Shown here: piece after piece, positions 1-8,633 of the stretch | How the letters are laid out: each line of letters starts with the position of its first letter | How positions within the stretch are numbered: the first letter of the stretch is position 1 | DNA from: Nanobdella aerobiophila | Lineage (GTDB): Archaea; Nanobdellota; Nanobdellia; Nanobdellales; Nanobdellaceae | Direction of reading: 5' to 3' | NCBI RefSeq assembly: GCF_023169545.1 | Contig: NZ_AP019769.1 | Location: forward strand, 630,001-662,000 | DNA: 32,000 nt | Position numbers and translations under genes: made by a program | Notes under the pieces: generated by a model | What the model saw: the letters and a program-made list of their open reading frames with translations, nothing else | Database searches by the model: none | Told to the model about the DNA's origin: nothing

Positions 1-23
1 ATAAAATAAAATTATTAGGGTTC

Positions 24-2959
24 GAGTAGATTATATAGCTTCACGGGATATTCAGATAGTCAGCTGAACTCCTTTACGGAGCTTACACTGCTATCTTAAC
101 GGATCTTCTATCCGAGCCCTTAATGGCTGTCTATTTTCAAGGAAGGCTTCACCCTTAGATGCTTTCAGGGCTTATCCTTCAGGGTGTGGCTACCGGGCCT
201 GCCCTTTTCGGACAACCCGTAAACTAGAGACCCCGATCCACCGTTCCTTTCGTACTAGGTGGACCTTTCCCTCAGACAGCCGACACTTCCGACAGTTATA
301 ACCGAGCTGCCTCGCGGCGCTCTAAACCCATCTCACGATCTCCTTTAATGGGTGGGCACCCCCACCCTTGGCGGCTTCTGCACCACCAGGATGGAGAGAG
401 ACGACATCGATGTCGCAAACCGCGGGGTCAATAGGGGCTCTCGCCCGCGACGGCGCTGTTACCCCCGGAGTAGCTTTTTCGCCAGCCCATACCCCCACCA
501 AAGGGAGTATGGGGTTCGCTAGGCCCAGGTTTCCCTCCTGTATCCCTTGATGGTCAGGATACAGCCAGGCTAGCTTTTGGCCTTGTCCTCTACAGCGGAT
601 TTCTAACCCGCTTGAGCTAACCATATGGACCCTGCCGATATCTTTTCGGCAAGGTGCCGCCCCAGCCAAACTGTCCACCTGCTGATGTTCCCTTTCGGGT
701 CAGCCTTAAAAGATTTGGAGGTGGGTGTTTCATCGTCGCATCTTTCTTACCTAGCGGCAAGAATTCATAGCTCCCCACTACACTACACACCAAATCTTTC
801 AAGGCAACAGCAAGCTACAGTTAAGCTTCACGGGGTCTTTTTTACCCATCGGAAGTCCCTGGCTTTCTCACCAGGATGGCTTTTCAGGAGGTACCAGCCC
901 GGGACAGTGGCGGACTAGTTACGTCGTTCGCAAAGCCGGCAATTAACCGGCAAGGCATTACGCTACCTTAAGAGGGTCAGAGTTACCCCCGCCGTTTACC
1001 GGTCCTTAGCTCCCTTGAACGGGAGGTTCAGATACCGACACTGAGCAGACGTCACCCCCAGTACACATCCTTTCGGACTAGCTGGGAGCTATGTCTTTAA
1101 TAAACAGTCCGCCCGCCCTTGTAACTGCGACCTGCAGTACTATGTACCGCAGGCATCCCTTATCCCAAAGTTACGGGACCATTTTGCCGAGTTCCCTGGA
1201 CTGGTTTAACCTCACGGCCTTAGGCTGTTCACCCAGAGGACCAATACTGGATTGCGGTACGATCGTTCGGAATCGCATCTTTTTCCTTTTCATTGCTAGA
1301 AGGCCTCGGCAGAACCTTTCGGCCCGTCAGGATTTAAGCTGGTTCTCATCATGACGATACTCCCCAGCTTTATCTCCCTTAGTATGATAGGTAGATTTTA
1401 CTCTACCCTCATATCTGCCTAGCCCTCTAGGTCGGAAAAAGAAGTTGCGTCACCGCATCTATCCGAACGGTAGAGGAATATTAACCTCTTTCCCTTTCTC
1501 CGAATCCCTCTCGGGAATCGGATTAGGATCGACTAACCCCAAGCTGATCTTCATAGCTTGGGAAACCTTTCCCCCTTCGGCCAATAGGATTCTCACCTAT
1601 CTCATTCTTACTACCGCAGAGATCTTCATTCTCAACGGCTCCAGGTTTCCTTTCAGAAACCCTTCTAGGCCATTGAGACGCCCACCTACCTCACGCCGGA
1701 CAATGTCCAGCGGACTAAGGTCTCGGCAGCCAACTTAGACCCGTCCGTTTGCGGAGCCTATCTCCTCGCCAGGTGAGTTGTTACACACTCCTTAGATGAT
1801 AGCCACTATTGGGCCCACATCCCTGGTGTCTTAGGAAATAGACTCCTTCTAAATCTATTAGCTGGCATTTTGGGGCCTTAACCTTAGTCTCGGTTGTTCC
1901 CGTCTCGGAATTGCGGATTTCCCGCAATCCCCTGCTCCCAGATAAAGGACCTTACAGCTTCGGAGTTGGACTCTATATGGGAATCCCATATAAAATCCGT
2001 AGCTCTACACTGTAAGGATCCGATCTGAGGCCTGGCTAAGGTCAGTTTCGGTAGGGACCGGCCATAACAGGGCCCGATTGGCTTTTCACCTCTATTCCGA
2101 AGTCATAAGAGAGGTCATCCCCAGCTTTTCGGGCCTCCACGGTAATCCGCTTCACCCTGCTTCGGAATAGATCGCCCCGTTTCCGGTCATACCTGAGTGA
2201 CTTTACTGCTCTTATGGAACAGCGCCCCTCGGAATCCTACGGGCTTTCGGTTTCCCTTCGGCTTCGGAATAACCTTAACCTCGCCACTCAGGTAAACTCC
2301 TCTGCAAATTCTTCAAAACTCACGGTAAAACAGGATAATATTGTACAATGTACAAATCCGTTACCGGATCTTCCATTGTACAATAAGTAACCTGCCTTAC
2401 CAGACAATATCCACCCGGTCTCAGGGTCTTTTCACCCTCTATCAAGAGTTCTTTTCACATTTCGGTCGCCCTACTCTGCGCTATCGGACTCGGGGAGTAT
2501 TTAGCATTAGGAGTTGGTAACTCCCATATTCCTGACGGAAATTCAACCGCCAGTACTCTGGAAGATAGAAATTTCCTAAATTATTACCCATACGGGGCTG
2601 TCACCCTCTGCGGCTCTGGACTTCCACCAAAATTCTAGGTAAATAATTTAGGAAAAGCTCTATCTCCCAACCCCACATCTCCTTTAGATTGCTCCAAAGG
2701 ATTCAGTTTGTGCTATTCCCCTTTCGGTCGCCCCTACTAAGGGAATCACTTTTGTTTTCTTTTCCTACGGGTACTAGGATGCTTCCCTTCCCCGTGTTCC
2801 CCTCCCTTACGGGATGCAAAGCAGGATATCCCATTCGGGCACCCCAAGATCGATGATTGCATGCATCTCCCTTGGGATTTTGGTAGCTTGCTACCCCCTT
2901 CTTCGGCTCCCGAGCCCATGCATCCACCGAGTGGATTCTTGAAGCTATATAATCTACTC
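24..2959 (-). rRNA. 23S ribosomal RNA, including flanking terminal processing stem; mature ends approximate
   Basis: GC-rich block in an AT-rich genome. Conserved LSU motifs are readable in reverse complement (GGCTTCACCCTTAGATGCTTTCAGGG near the 3' end; CCACTCGGTGGATGCATGG near the 5' end). Sequence 24-42 (gagtagattatatagcttc) is complementary to 2941-2959 (gaagctatataatctactc), forming a 19-bp terminal helix. Length about 2.9 kb. Confidence 0.96.
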
Positions 2960-2982
2960 TCATTACCCTTCATTTAAGCATC

Positions 2983-3020
2983 AGGATCACCTCTTTATAT
3001 TTAATAAAGAGGATCACGAT
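2983..3020 (-). repeat. rRNA leader hairpin CCTCTTTA...TAAAGAGG with flanking GGATCAC direct repeats
   Basis: + strand ggatcacctctttatatttaataaagaggatcac: 8-bp inverted repeat with 7-nt loop, and GGATCAC on both sides. Confidence 0.6.
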
Positions 3021-3037
3021 ACTTAATATATTAAGAG

Positions 3038-3058
3038 TATAATATTTAAAAATATATC
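3038..3058. promoter_or_regulatory. Probable box A (TATA) region between 23S rRNA (-) and proS (+), possibly shared
   Basis: gtataatatttaaaaatatat lies between divergent genes. The distance to the proS ATG (3076) is about 26-30 nt, consistent with leaderless transcription. It is also the nearest TATA-like element upstream of the rRNA leader. Confidence 0.4.
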
Positions 3059-3075
3059 TTAAAGCCACTTTAATA

Positions 3076-4749
3076 ATGAATAACATGAATAAAGAAGAGA
3101 ATTATTCGGAATGGTATAACAATATAGTAAGAGCTGCAGATATTATAGATGATAGATTCCCAATAAAGGGTATGCCCGTATATAAGCAATATGGTTATAG
3201 TATAATAAGATATATATTAAAGGAATTGGAGATCTTACTAGACAATAATGGTTTTTACCCATCCTGGTTCCCAAACCTCATACCATATGATATATTTAAG
3301 AAGGAGAGCGAGCATATTAAAGGATTTGAAAATGAGGTCTTTTATGTAACACCTGCAAAACCGGTTGAAGAAGAAAGAGATATAAAATATATTTTAAGAC
3401 CAACTTCAGAAACTGAAATGTATTATATGTTTTCATTATGGATAAAATCATTTAGAGACTTACCTTTATTAACATATATGACGAATACTGTATACAGATA
3501 CGAAACTAAAGCTACAAAACCATTAATAAGGGGCAGAGAACTATTATGGAACGAAGCACACACCGCCCATAGAGATCTAGATGATGCTATATTGATGATA
3601 AACAAATCTAAAGAGATATATTCTAATTTATTCTGGAATAGATTACATATACCACATTTTTGGGTAAAAAGGCCAGATTGGGATAAATTTGCAGGAGCAG
3701 ACTTTACATATGCTGCGGAAACTATATTACCAGATGGTAGATTTTTACAAATAGGAACTACACATTTATTAGGCAGAAACTTTTCCCGAGCATATGATAT
3801 AATCTTTGAAGATGAACATCCTTTTATTAAAATAGATAAAGATACACTTGAAGCATATGATCAGAAAAATAATAAATATTTGATTAATTTTGAAAAAAAT
3901 CAGATTACAATTAAATATATAGAAAATAATGAAATAAAATTGGTGTATCAATTTCAAGAGCATAATAATGGTGATATAAATGAGGGAAATAAAGAATTAA
4001 TGAAAGATATAGAAAATAAAATTAAATCTATATTTAATAATGTAGAATTAAAAAAACAGAAATATGTATGGCAAACTTCATTCGGATTATCTATGAGGAC
4101 ACTCGCAGCTTTAATATCTATACATGGAGATAATAAAGGACTTATACTTCCATTTGATATAGCCCCTATACAAATAATTATAATACCAGTATATTATTCT
4201 GATGAAGATAAAAATAAGGTAATAGATTATTCAATAAAAATATATAATTTATTGAGAGATAAATATAGAGTAAAGATAGATTTTGATGATTCTAAGAGTC
4301 CCGGATGGAAATTTAATAATTATGAGTTACTTGGAGTACCATTAAGAATAACAATAGGAAAGAGGGAAATAGAAGATGCAAGTATAACTATATCTATAAG
4401 AATGTATAATGAGAAATATTATGATTTTAAGGCCGATATCGATAATTTAGGAAATACAATAAAGAAAATAATCGAAATATATGAGAATAAGATAATTGAA
4501 AGGGCAAAAAACTACTTAAATAATAAAATATTCAAGACAAATAATGTAAAAGATATAGAAAATAATCTAAATGCTAATATTGTTTTTAAGGCTCCATTTT
4601 GCATGAAAGAAGACTGCGCGGAAAATGTTAAGAAAAACTATAGCCTAGATATTAGAGGAACAGACATAAACCCGGAAACCGCAGAAGGAAAATGCATATT
4701 TTGTAACAATGATGCAAGATATTATGTCTATATAGGAAAGAGTTATTAG
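3076..4749 (+). CDS. proS: Prolyl-tRNA synthetase (archaeal/eukaryal type)
   Basis: 557-aa ORF with class II aaRS motifs: FYPSWFPNLIPYDIF, LRPTSETEMYYMFSLWIKSFRDLP, RGRELLWNEAHTAHRD; C-terminal CKEDCAENVKK...CIFC Zn-type motif. Confidence 0.96.
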   Translation: MNNMNKEENYSEWYNNIVRAADIIDDRFPIKGMPVYKQYGYSIIRYILKELEILLDNNGFYPSWFPNLIPYDIFKKESEHIKGFENEVFYVTPAKPVEEERDIKYILRPTSETEMYYMFSLWIKSFRDLPLLTYMTNTVYRYETKATKPLIRGRELLWNEAHTAHRDLDDAILMINKSKEIYSNLFWNRLHIPHFWVKRPDWDKFAGADFTYAAETILPDGRFLQIGTTHLLGRNFSRAYDIIFEDEHPFIKIDKDTLEAYDQKNNKYLINFEKNQITIKYIENNEIKLVYQFQEHNNGDINEGNKELMKDIENKIKSIFNNVELKKQKYVWQTSFGLSMRTLAALISIHGDNKGLILPFDIAPIQIIIIPVYYSDEDKNKVIDYSIKIYNLLRDKYRVKIDFDDSKSPGWKFNNYELLGVPLRITIGKREIEDASITISIRMYNEKYYDFKADIDNLGNTIKKIIEIYENKIIERAKNYLNNKIFKTNNVKDIENNLNANIVFKAPFCMKEDCAENVKKNYSLDIRGTDINPETAEGKCIFCNNDARYYVYIGKSY

Positions 4750-4977
4750 GTAGCCGTAGGCCGCTTTTAGTATATATCTTTCTAAGCGGCAGACCTTGTG
4801 CCACTAGGCCATATTTCTCAAGGTATATATTACCAATCCTAGTTGATGAAGAATTGCTTCTTCATCTTAACTACTCATCTTTTTCGGTAATATACCCTAT
4901 ATTTCTTTTTATGTAGCCAGGGATCTCTCCCTCCGATATTCGGTAGTTGTCGGCAAGCGGACCTTCCAACGGCTACC
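4749..4977 (-). ncRNA. rnpB: Candidate RNase P RNA (compact archaeal form)
   Basis: GC-rich island. Terminal helix GGUAGCCGU/ACGGCUACC. 5' motif GGAAGGUCCGC resembles CR-I (GGAAAGUCCG). 3' motif ACUAAAAGCGGCCUACGG resembles CR-V (ACAGAACCCGGCUUAUCGG). The two pair as AGG(U)CCGCUU/AAGCGGCCU, with a single bulged U as in P4. GNRA hairpins GGGA-GAGA-UCCC and GAUGAAGAA-GCAA-UUCUUCAUC exist only on this strand. TATA box TTTATATAT is centred about 26 nt upstream. Confidence 0.8.
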
Positions 4978-4998
4978 TTTTTTATTCTTATCTTTCAA

Positions 4999-5007
4999 AT
5001 ATATAAA
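4999..5007 (-). promoter_or_regulatory. Box A (TATA) element for the candidate RNase P RNA
   Basis: Reverse complement reads TTTATATAT, centre about 5003, 26 nt upstream of the predicted RNA 5' G at 4977. Confidence 0.6.
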
Positions 5008-5008
5008 T

Positions 5009-5173
5009 ATGCCCAATGAAGAAACACCATTATTTACATATTTAGGATTATATAAATTTGGAAAAGAGAAGTCAAAGATAAAGTTAAACAGAGAGAAATT
5101 AATAATTTTTGTTATAATTATAGCGGCTTTAGTATATTCTCTTAATTTCTTAATATCATGTCGGATCTTGTAG
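5009..5173 (+). CDS. Small membrane protein, Sec61-beta/SecG-like (54 aa, not in supplied ORF track)
   Basis: Manual translation MPNEETPLFTYLGLYKFGKEKSKIKLNREKLIIFVIIIAALVYSLNFLISCRIL*. A polar N-terminus followed by one C-terminal TM helix, preceded by a KIKLNREK-like element, resembles archaeal Sec61-beta. Overlaps the next ORF start by 16 nt. Confidence 0.55.
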   Translation: MPNEETPLFTYLGLYKFGKEKSKIKLNREKLIIFVIIIAALVYSLNFLISCRIL

Positions 5174-5607
5174 AAGATTTAGAATATAATAGAAAACTAA
5201 AGGAAGTATTGCATATATATAATGTCTCATTAAAGAATAATAAAGGACTGGAAACTATAAGAAATTTTATTAAATCGGCTGTGGATTATTATGATTATGT
5301 AATAGAATTATTTCTAGAGCGGGAATATAAGAATAATAAAATAAATGAGATACCAAAGACCCCAATAGAGCGCTATAATCTATTTCTTCATCTAATAAAT
5401 GATAAGGACATTGAAAATACTATGATTTATTATAAGAAACTAAGAACTTGTCTAAATTCTCATATAACAATACAAAATGAATATAGAAAAACTATGATAA
5501 TAGTATGTAAAGGCTACGAAACTGAGAATAAATTAACTATTAAGGATATTAAGGATATTATAGAAAATATAAGGAAATTTTCAAATTTAATAGTAAAATA
5601 TATTTAA
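5158..5607 (+). CDS. Hypothetical helical protein (149 aa)
   Basis: ORF inside a tight co-directional operon; abuts the MinD-like gene by 1 nt. No family recognised. Confidence 0.7.
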   Translation: MSDLVEDLEYNRKLKEVLHIYNVSLKNNKGLETIRNFIKSAVDYYDYVIELFLEREYKNNKINEIPKTPIERYNLFLHLINDKDIENTMIYYKKLRTCLNSHITIQNEYRKTMIIVCKGYETENKLTIKDIKDIIENIRKFSNLIVKYI

Positions 5608-6365
5608 TGGCTAAGATAATTACCATATCTTCTGGAAAAGGTGGTGTAGGAAAAACCTTCTTTTCAATAAACTTATCTAGAGCATTATCAAAATTAGATT
5701 ATAGGGTTTTATTGGTCGACCTAAATTTAACAACTCCAAATGTATCAATAAATCTAAATCTTGGACATTTAGAAAACAATTTACATAAATATTTAAGAAA
5801 TGAAATAGATGATATAAATAAATGTATAATTAAGTTTAAAGAAAATTTCTATATATTACCAGGTAGCTTAGATATAAATGATATTTCATTTATATCTTTT
5901 GAAAGACTTCACAAAATTACTTTAGAACTATATAATGATTATGACTTTATAATAATAGATTCTGCTGCAGGAATTGGAAGGGAGTCTTTAGAAGCATTAA
6001 AAATTGGAGAAGAACTATTCATAATTACTAATTATGAAAAATCATCATTAGTAGATGCCTATAGAGTTATAAAAGTTGCTAATAATCTAAATACGAATAT
6101 TAAAGGCATTATAATAAACAAGGTAAAAAGGAAAATAAATTATATAAAAATTGAAAGGTTCTTAGGAAAAAACATATATGGAATAATACATTATGATGAT
6201 AATGTAGATAAATCTATAGAAAATGGTATGACTTTAATAGATTATAATATTAATAGTATAGCGTCTATAGATATAATAAAAATTGCTGAAAAGATTACAG
6301 GAAAAGATTTTGAAGAAACTAAAAATATTTTAAATGTTCTAAAAAATATATTTAGATGGAGATAG
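5607..6365 (+). CDS. MinD/ParA-family P-loop ATPase
   Basis: Deviant Walker A: MAKIITISSGKGGVGKTFFSINLSRALS; later motifs VLLVDLNLTTPN and DFIIIDSAAGIG. Confidence 0.93.
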   Translation: MAKIITISSGKGGVGKTFFSINLSRALSKLDYRVLLVDLNLTTPNVSINLNLGHLENNLHKYLRNEIDDINKCIIKFKENFYILPGSLDINDISFISFERLHKITLELYNDYDFIIIDSAAGIGRESLEALKIGEELFIITNYEKSSLVDAYRVIKVANNLNTNIKGIIINKVKRKINYIKIERFLGKNIYGIIHYDDNVDKSIENGMTLIDYNINSIASIDIIKIAEKITGKDFEETKNILNVLKNIFRWR

Positions 6366-6622
6366 ATCTTGATCTAGATAATATAGAAAATCTAATCAAA
6401 GAGAATAAATATAAAAAAATATTATTACAATTACCAGACGGGTTAAAACCATATTCAAATATAATATACAATAGATTAAAAGAGAAATTTAAAGATAAAG
6501 AGCTATTTATTTGGTTCGGAACAGATTTCGGTGGCTGTGATATTCCAATATATATGGATAAGTTCGGTTTTGATCTAATTATACATTTTGGACATTCAAA
6601 ATTTTATAAATTAAAGCTATGA
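6356..6622 (+). CDS. Diphthamide synthase Dph2-like, N-terminal fragment only (88 aa)
   Basis: ILLQLPDGLKPY...FIWFGTDFGGCDIPI...FDLIIHFGHSKF matches the N-terminal Dph1/Dph2 domain pattern (LPDGL, YGxCD, HFGHS). The ORF stops at 88 aa. Confidence 0.7.
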   Translation: MEIDLDLDNIENLIKENKYKKILLQLPDGLKPYSNIIYNRLKEKFKDKELFIWFGTDFGGCDIPIYMDKFGFDLIIHFGHSKFYKLKL

Positions 6623-6840
6623 ATAAGTATATATTATTTTTAGGTATATTATTTATATTAATTGGTTTTTCATTAATAATATTATATTCTTTGAAACAAT
6701 CTAATATAAAATATAGTGGTATAATACTAATAGGACCTATACCAATTATATTTACTAACTCTATAGACTTATCTATAATTCTATTAATTATTATTATAAT
6801 TATTGTAATTATTTTCCTCTTTTACAAGATAATCATATAA
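6619..6840 (+). CDS. DUF131/TIGR00304-like membrane protein
   Basis: Two TM segments around YSGIILIGPIPIIFTNS, the characteristic GPIPIIF motif. Confidence 0.6.
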   Translation: MNKYILFLGILFILIGFSLIILYSLKQSNIKYSGIILIGPIPIIFTNSIDLSIILLIIIIIIVIIFLFYKIII

Positions 6841-7470
6841 TTCTTTCAGATTTTTAAATACTAATGTAGCACCTGCCGAGGATAATTCACTTTTCTTATT
6901 TACTCCACTAGCTATTCCGACTACATTAATACCTGCCCTTTTTGCCGATATTATGCCATATATAGAGTCCTCTATAGCTAAAACTGAATTTGGTACTATA
7001 TTTAATAGATTTATTGCCTTAATATAACAATCAGGTTCTGGTTTCGGTTCCTTTACATCATCTCCAGTTATTATGATATCAAAAAGGTTTATTATACCAA
7101 GATTTTTTAATACCTCTACTGCCAACCTTCTGGTATTTGATGTAACTACCCCTATTTTTAACTTTTTATCTTTTAGATAATTTAATAAATTCTTTGCACC
7201 TGGATTAAAATGAATTTTATCAATATATTTGGATATAATAAGATCTTCTGATTCTCTCAATATATCATCTACTGATGCATTTATATTATATTTATTCAAT
7301 ATATTTGATATCAATTCTCTTGGAGAAGCTCCAAAGGTATCAAATCCCTTTTCTGTGATAATATTATATCTTTCTAAGACAATTTTATGTACCTCATCAT
7401 ATACCTTTAAACTATTTATTAATGTACCATCAAGATCTATAATTACCGCCTTTAGATTATATATTATCAT
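6784..7470 (-). CDS. HAD-superfamily hydrolase (phosphoglycolate phosphatase-like)
   Basis: Motif I AVIIDLDGTLINS; motif II GVVTSN; motif III KPEPDCYIKAI and VLAIEDSIYGIISAKRAG. Confidence 0.9.
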   Translation of the reverse strand: MIIYNLKAVIIDLDGTLINSLKVYDEVHKIVLERYNIITEKGFDTFGASPRELISNILNKYNINASVDDILRESEDLIISKYIDKIHFNPGAKNLLNYLKDKKLKIGVVTSNTRRLAVEVLKNLGIINLFDIIITGDDVKEPKPEPDCYIKAINLLNIVPNSVLAIEDSIYGIISAKRAGINVVGIASGVNKKSELSSAGATLVFKNLKELYDYLVKEENNYNNYNNN

Positions 7471-7510
7471 GAGAATAATATTTTAAGTAAAAACTATAAA
7501 TTTATATAGA

Positions 7511-8554
7511 ATGGAAGATATAAGAAATATATTAAAAGAACGAATAATAAAAGATTATATAAATACAGGAAAAGATCCTTTAAATAATATAATTGGACAA
7601 GAAAATTCAAAAAGACAAATATTATCATCTATATTGTCTGGAAGAAATATATTAATTATTGGTCCTCCAGGTACAGGTAAGACAACAATAGCAAAGAATC
7701 TATCTTTATTATTACCAGATATAGATTTTCCAGCTAATATACCATTTTGGGCGTATCCAGAATTTCCTTTTGTCCCTGAAGAGTATAGAAAGAAGTGGGA
7801 AGAGGGACCATTCATAAAACTCCACGGAAATGATAGATTTATCAGAATTCAAGGTTCTTATGATATATCTGTAGAGGACTTAATTGGAGATATAGATCCT
7901 TCAAAAGCTTTAAAATATGGAATACATTCCATAGAATCCTTTATACCAGGTAAGATATTTAGGGCCCAACATGGTATATTATTTTTTGATGAGATAAATA
8001 GGGCTCCACCAAAAGTTCAAAATTTATTATTAGAACTATTAGAAGAGAAAAAGATAACGATAGGTGCATATGAATTTCAGATTCCAATGGATATAATATT
8101 TATTGCCACTATGAATCCAGAAAATTATTATGGTACAGAAAAAATATCCGATGTGTTATTAGATAGATTCGATATAATAAATTTAAATTATCCAAAAAAT
8201 ATAGAAGAAGAAAAAAAGATAATATTAAAATATGGAAAGAATTTAAATATAGATTTTCCAGAAAATTTAATCGATCTATATCTAAATTTTATATTTGAAT
8301 TAAGAAATGATGATAAATTAGATAAAAAACCATCTCCAAGATCTAGCATCGGTATATATGAGAAAGCTCAATCATTGGCAATATTAGATAAAAAAGATAA
8401 GGTAGAAATACAACATATATTCGAAGCTATATTATCTGTACTGCCGCATAGGATTAGATTAAAACCTGCATACAAAATAGAAGATAATGAAGAAGGATAC
8501 ATAAAAAATAAATGGTCCTCATTCAATATAGGAAAAGGATTTCGGAGTAGATAA
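7511..8554 (+). CDS. MoxR/BchI-type AAA+ ATPase
   Basis: Walker A IIGPPGTGKTTIAKN, Walker B GILFFDEINRAPPKVQNLLLELLEE, sensor ATMNPENYYGTEKISDVLLDRFD. Confidence 0.92.
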   Translation: MEDIRNILKERIIKDYINTGKDPLNNIIGQENSKRQILSSILSGRNILIIGPPGTGKTTIAKNLSLLLPDIDFPANIPFWAYPEFPFVPEEYRKKWEEGPFIKLHGNDRFIRIQGSYDISVEDLIGDIDPSKALKYGIHSIESFIPGKIFRAQHGILFFDEINRAPPKVQNLLLELLEEKKITIGAYEFQIPMDIIFIATMNPENYYGTEKISDVLLDRFDIINLNYPKNIEEEKKIILKYGKNLNIDFPENLIDLYLNFIFELRNDDKLDKKPSPRSSIGIYEKAQSLAILDKKDKVEIQHIFEAILSVLPHRIRLKPAYKIEDNEEGYIKNKWSSFNIGKGFRSR

Positions 8555-8633
8555 TAATATAAATAGACCTGGAGAAAGCTTTAAGGAAAAAAGCAGGATA
8601 AATGATAATATAAAAGATATTGTAGAAGATATA

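Noticed and set aside
322-2973. Multiple ORFs on both strands (for example 322..678, 625..918, 1091..1354, 1445..1738, 2703..2963, 2746..2973)
   Set aside because: They lie within the 23S rRNA gene; translations are low-complexity-free but non-homologous artefacts of rRNA sequence.
2983-2993. GGATCACCTC on the plus strand, resembling the 3' end of a 16S rRNA
   Set aside because: The preceding sequence on that strand is antisense 23S, not 16S. It is only a motif match, reported as a possible complement element.
3423-3963. Antisense ORFs 3423..3605 and 3769..3963 within proS
   Set aside because: They overlap a strongly supported conserved gene and are rich in Phe/Ile/Leu, as expected for antisense of AT-rich coding.
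4749-4977. Interpretation as SRP (7S) RNA or as a plus-strand transcript ending in the T-run at 4978-4983
   Set aside because: No SRP helix 8 motif (GNRA cap with AGCAG-type asymmetric loop) was found. GNRA loops, the P4-like pairing and the TATA box all support the minus strand and an RNase P-like fold.
7229-7815. Antisense ORFs 7229..7486 and 7555..7815
   Set aside because: They overlap well-supported HAD and MoxR genes; no recognisable domains.
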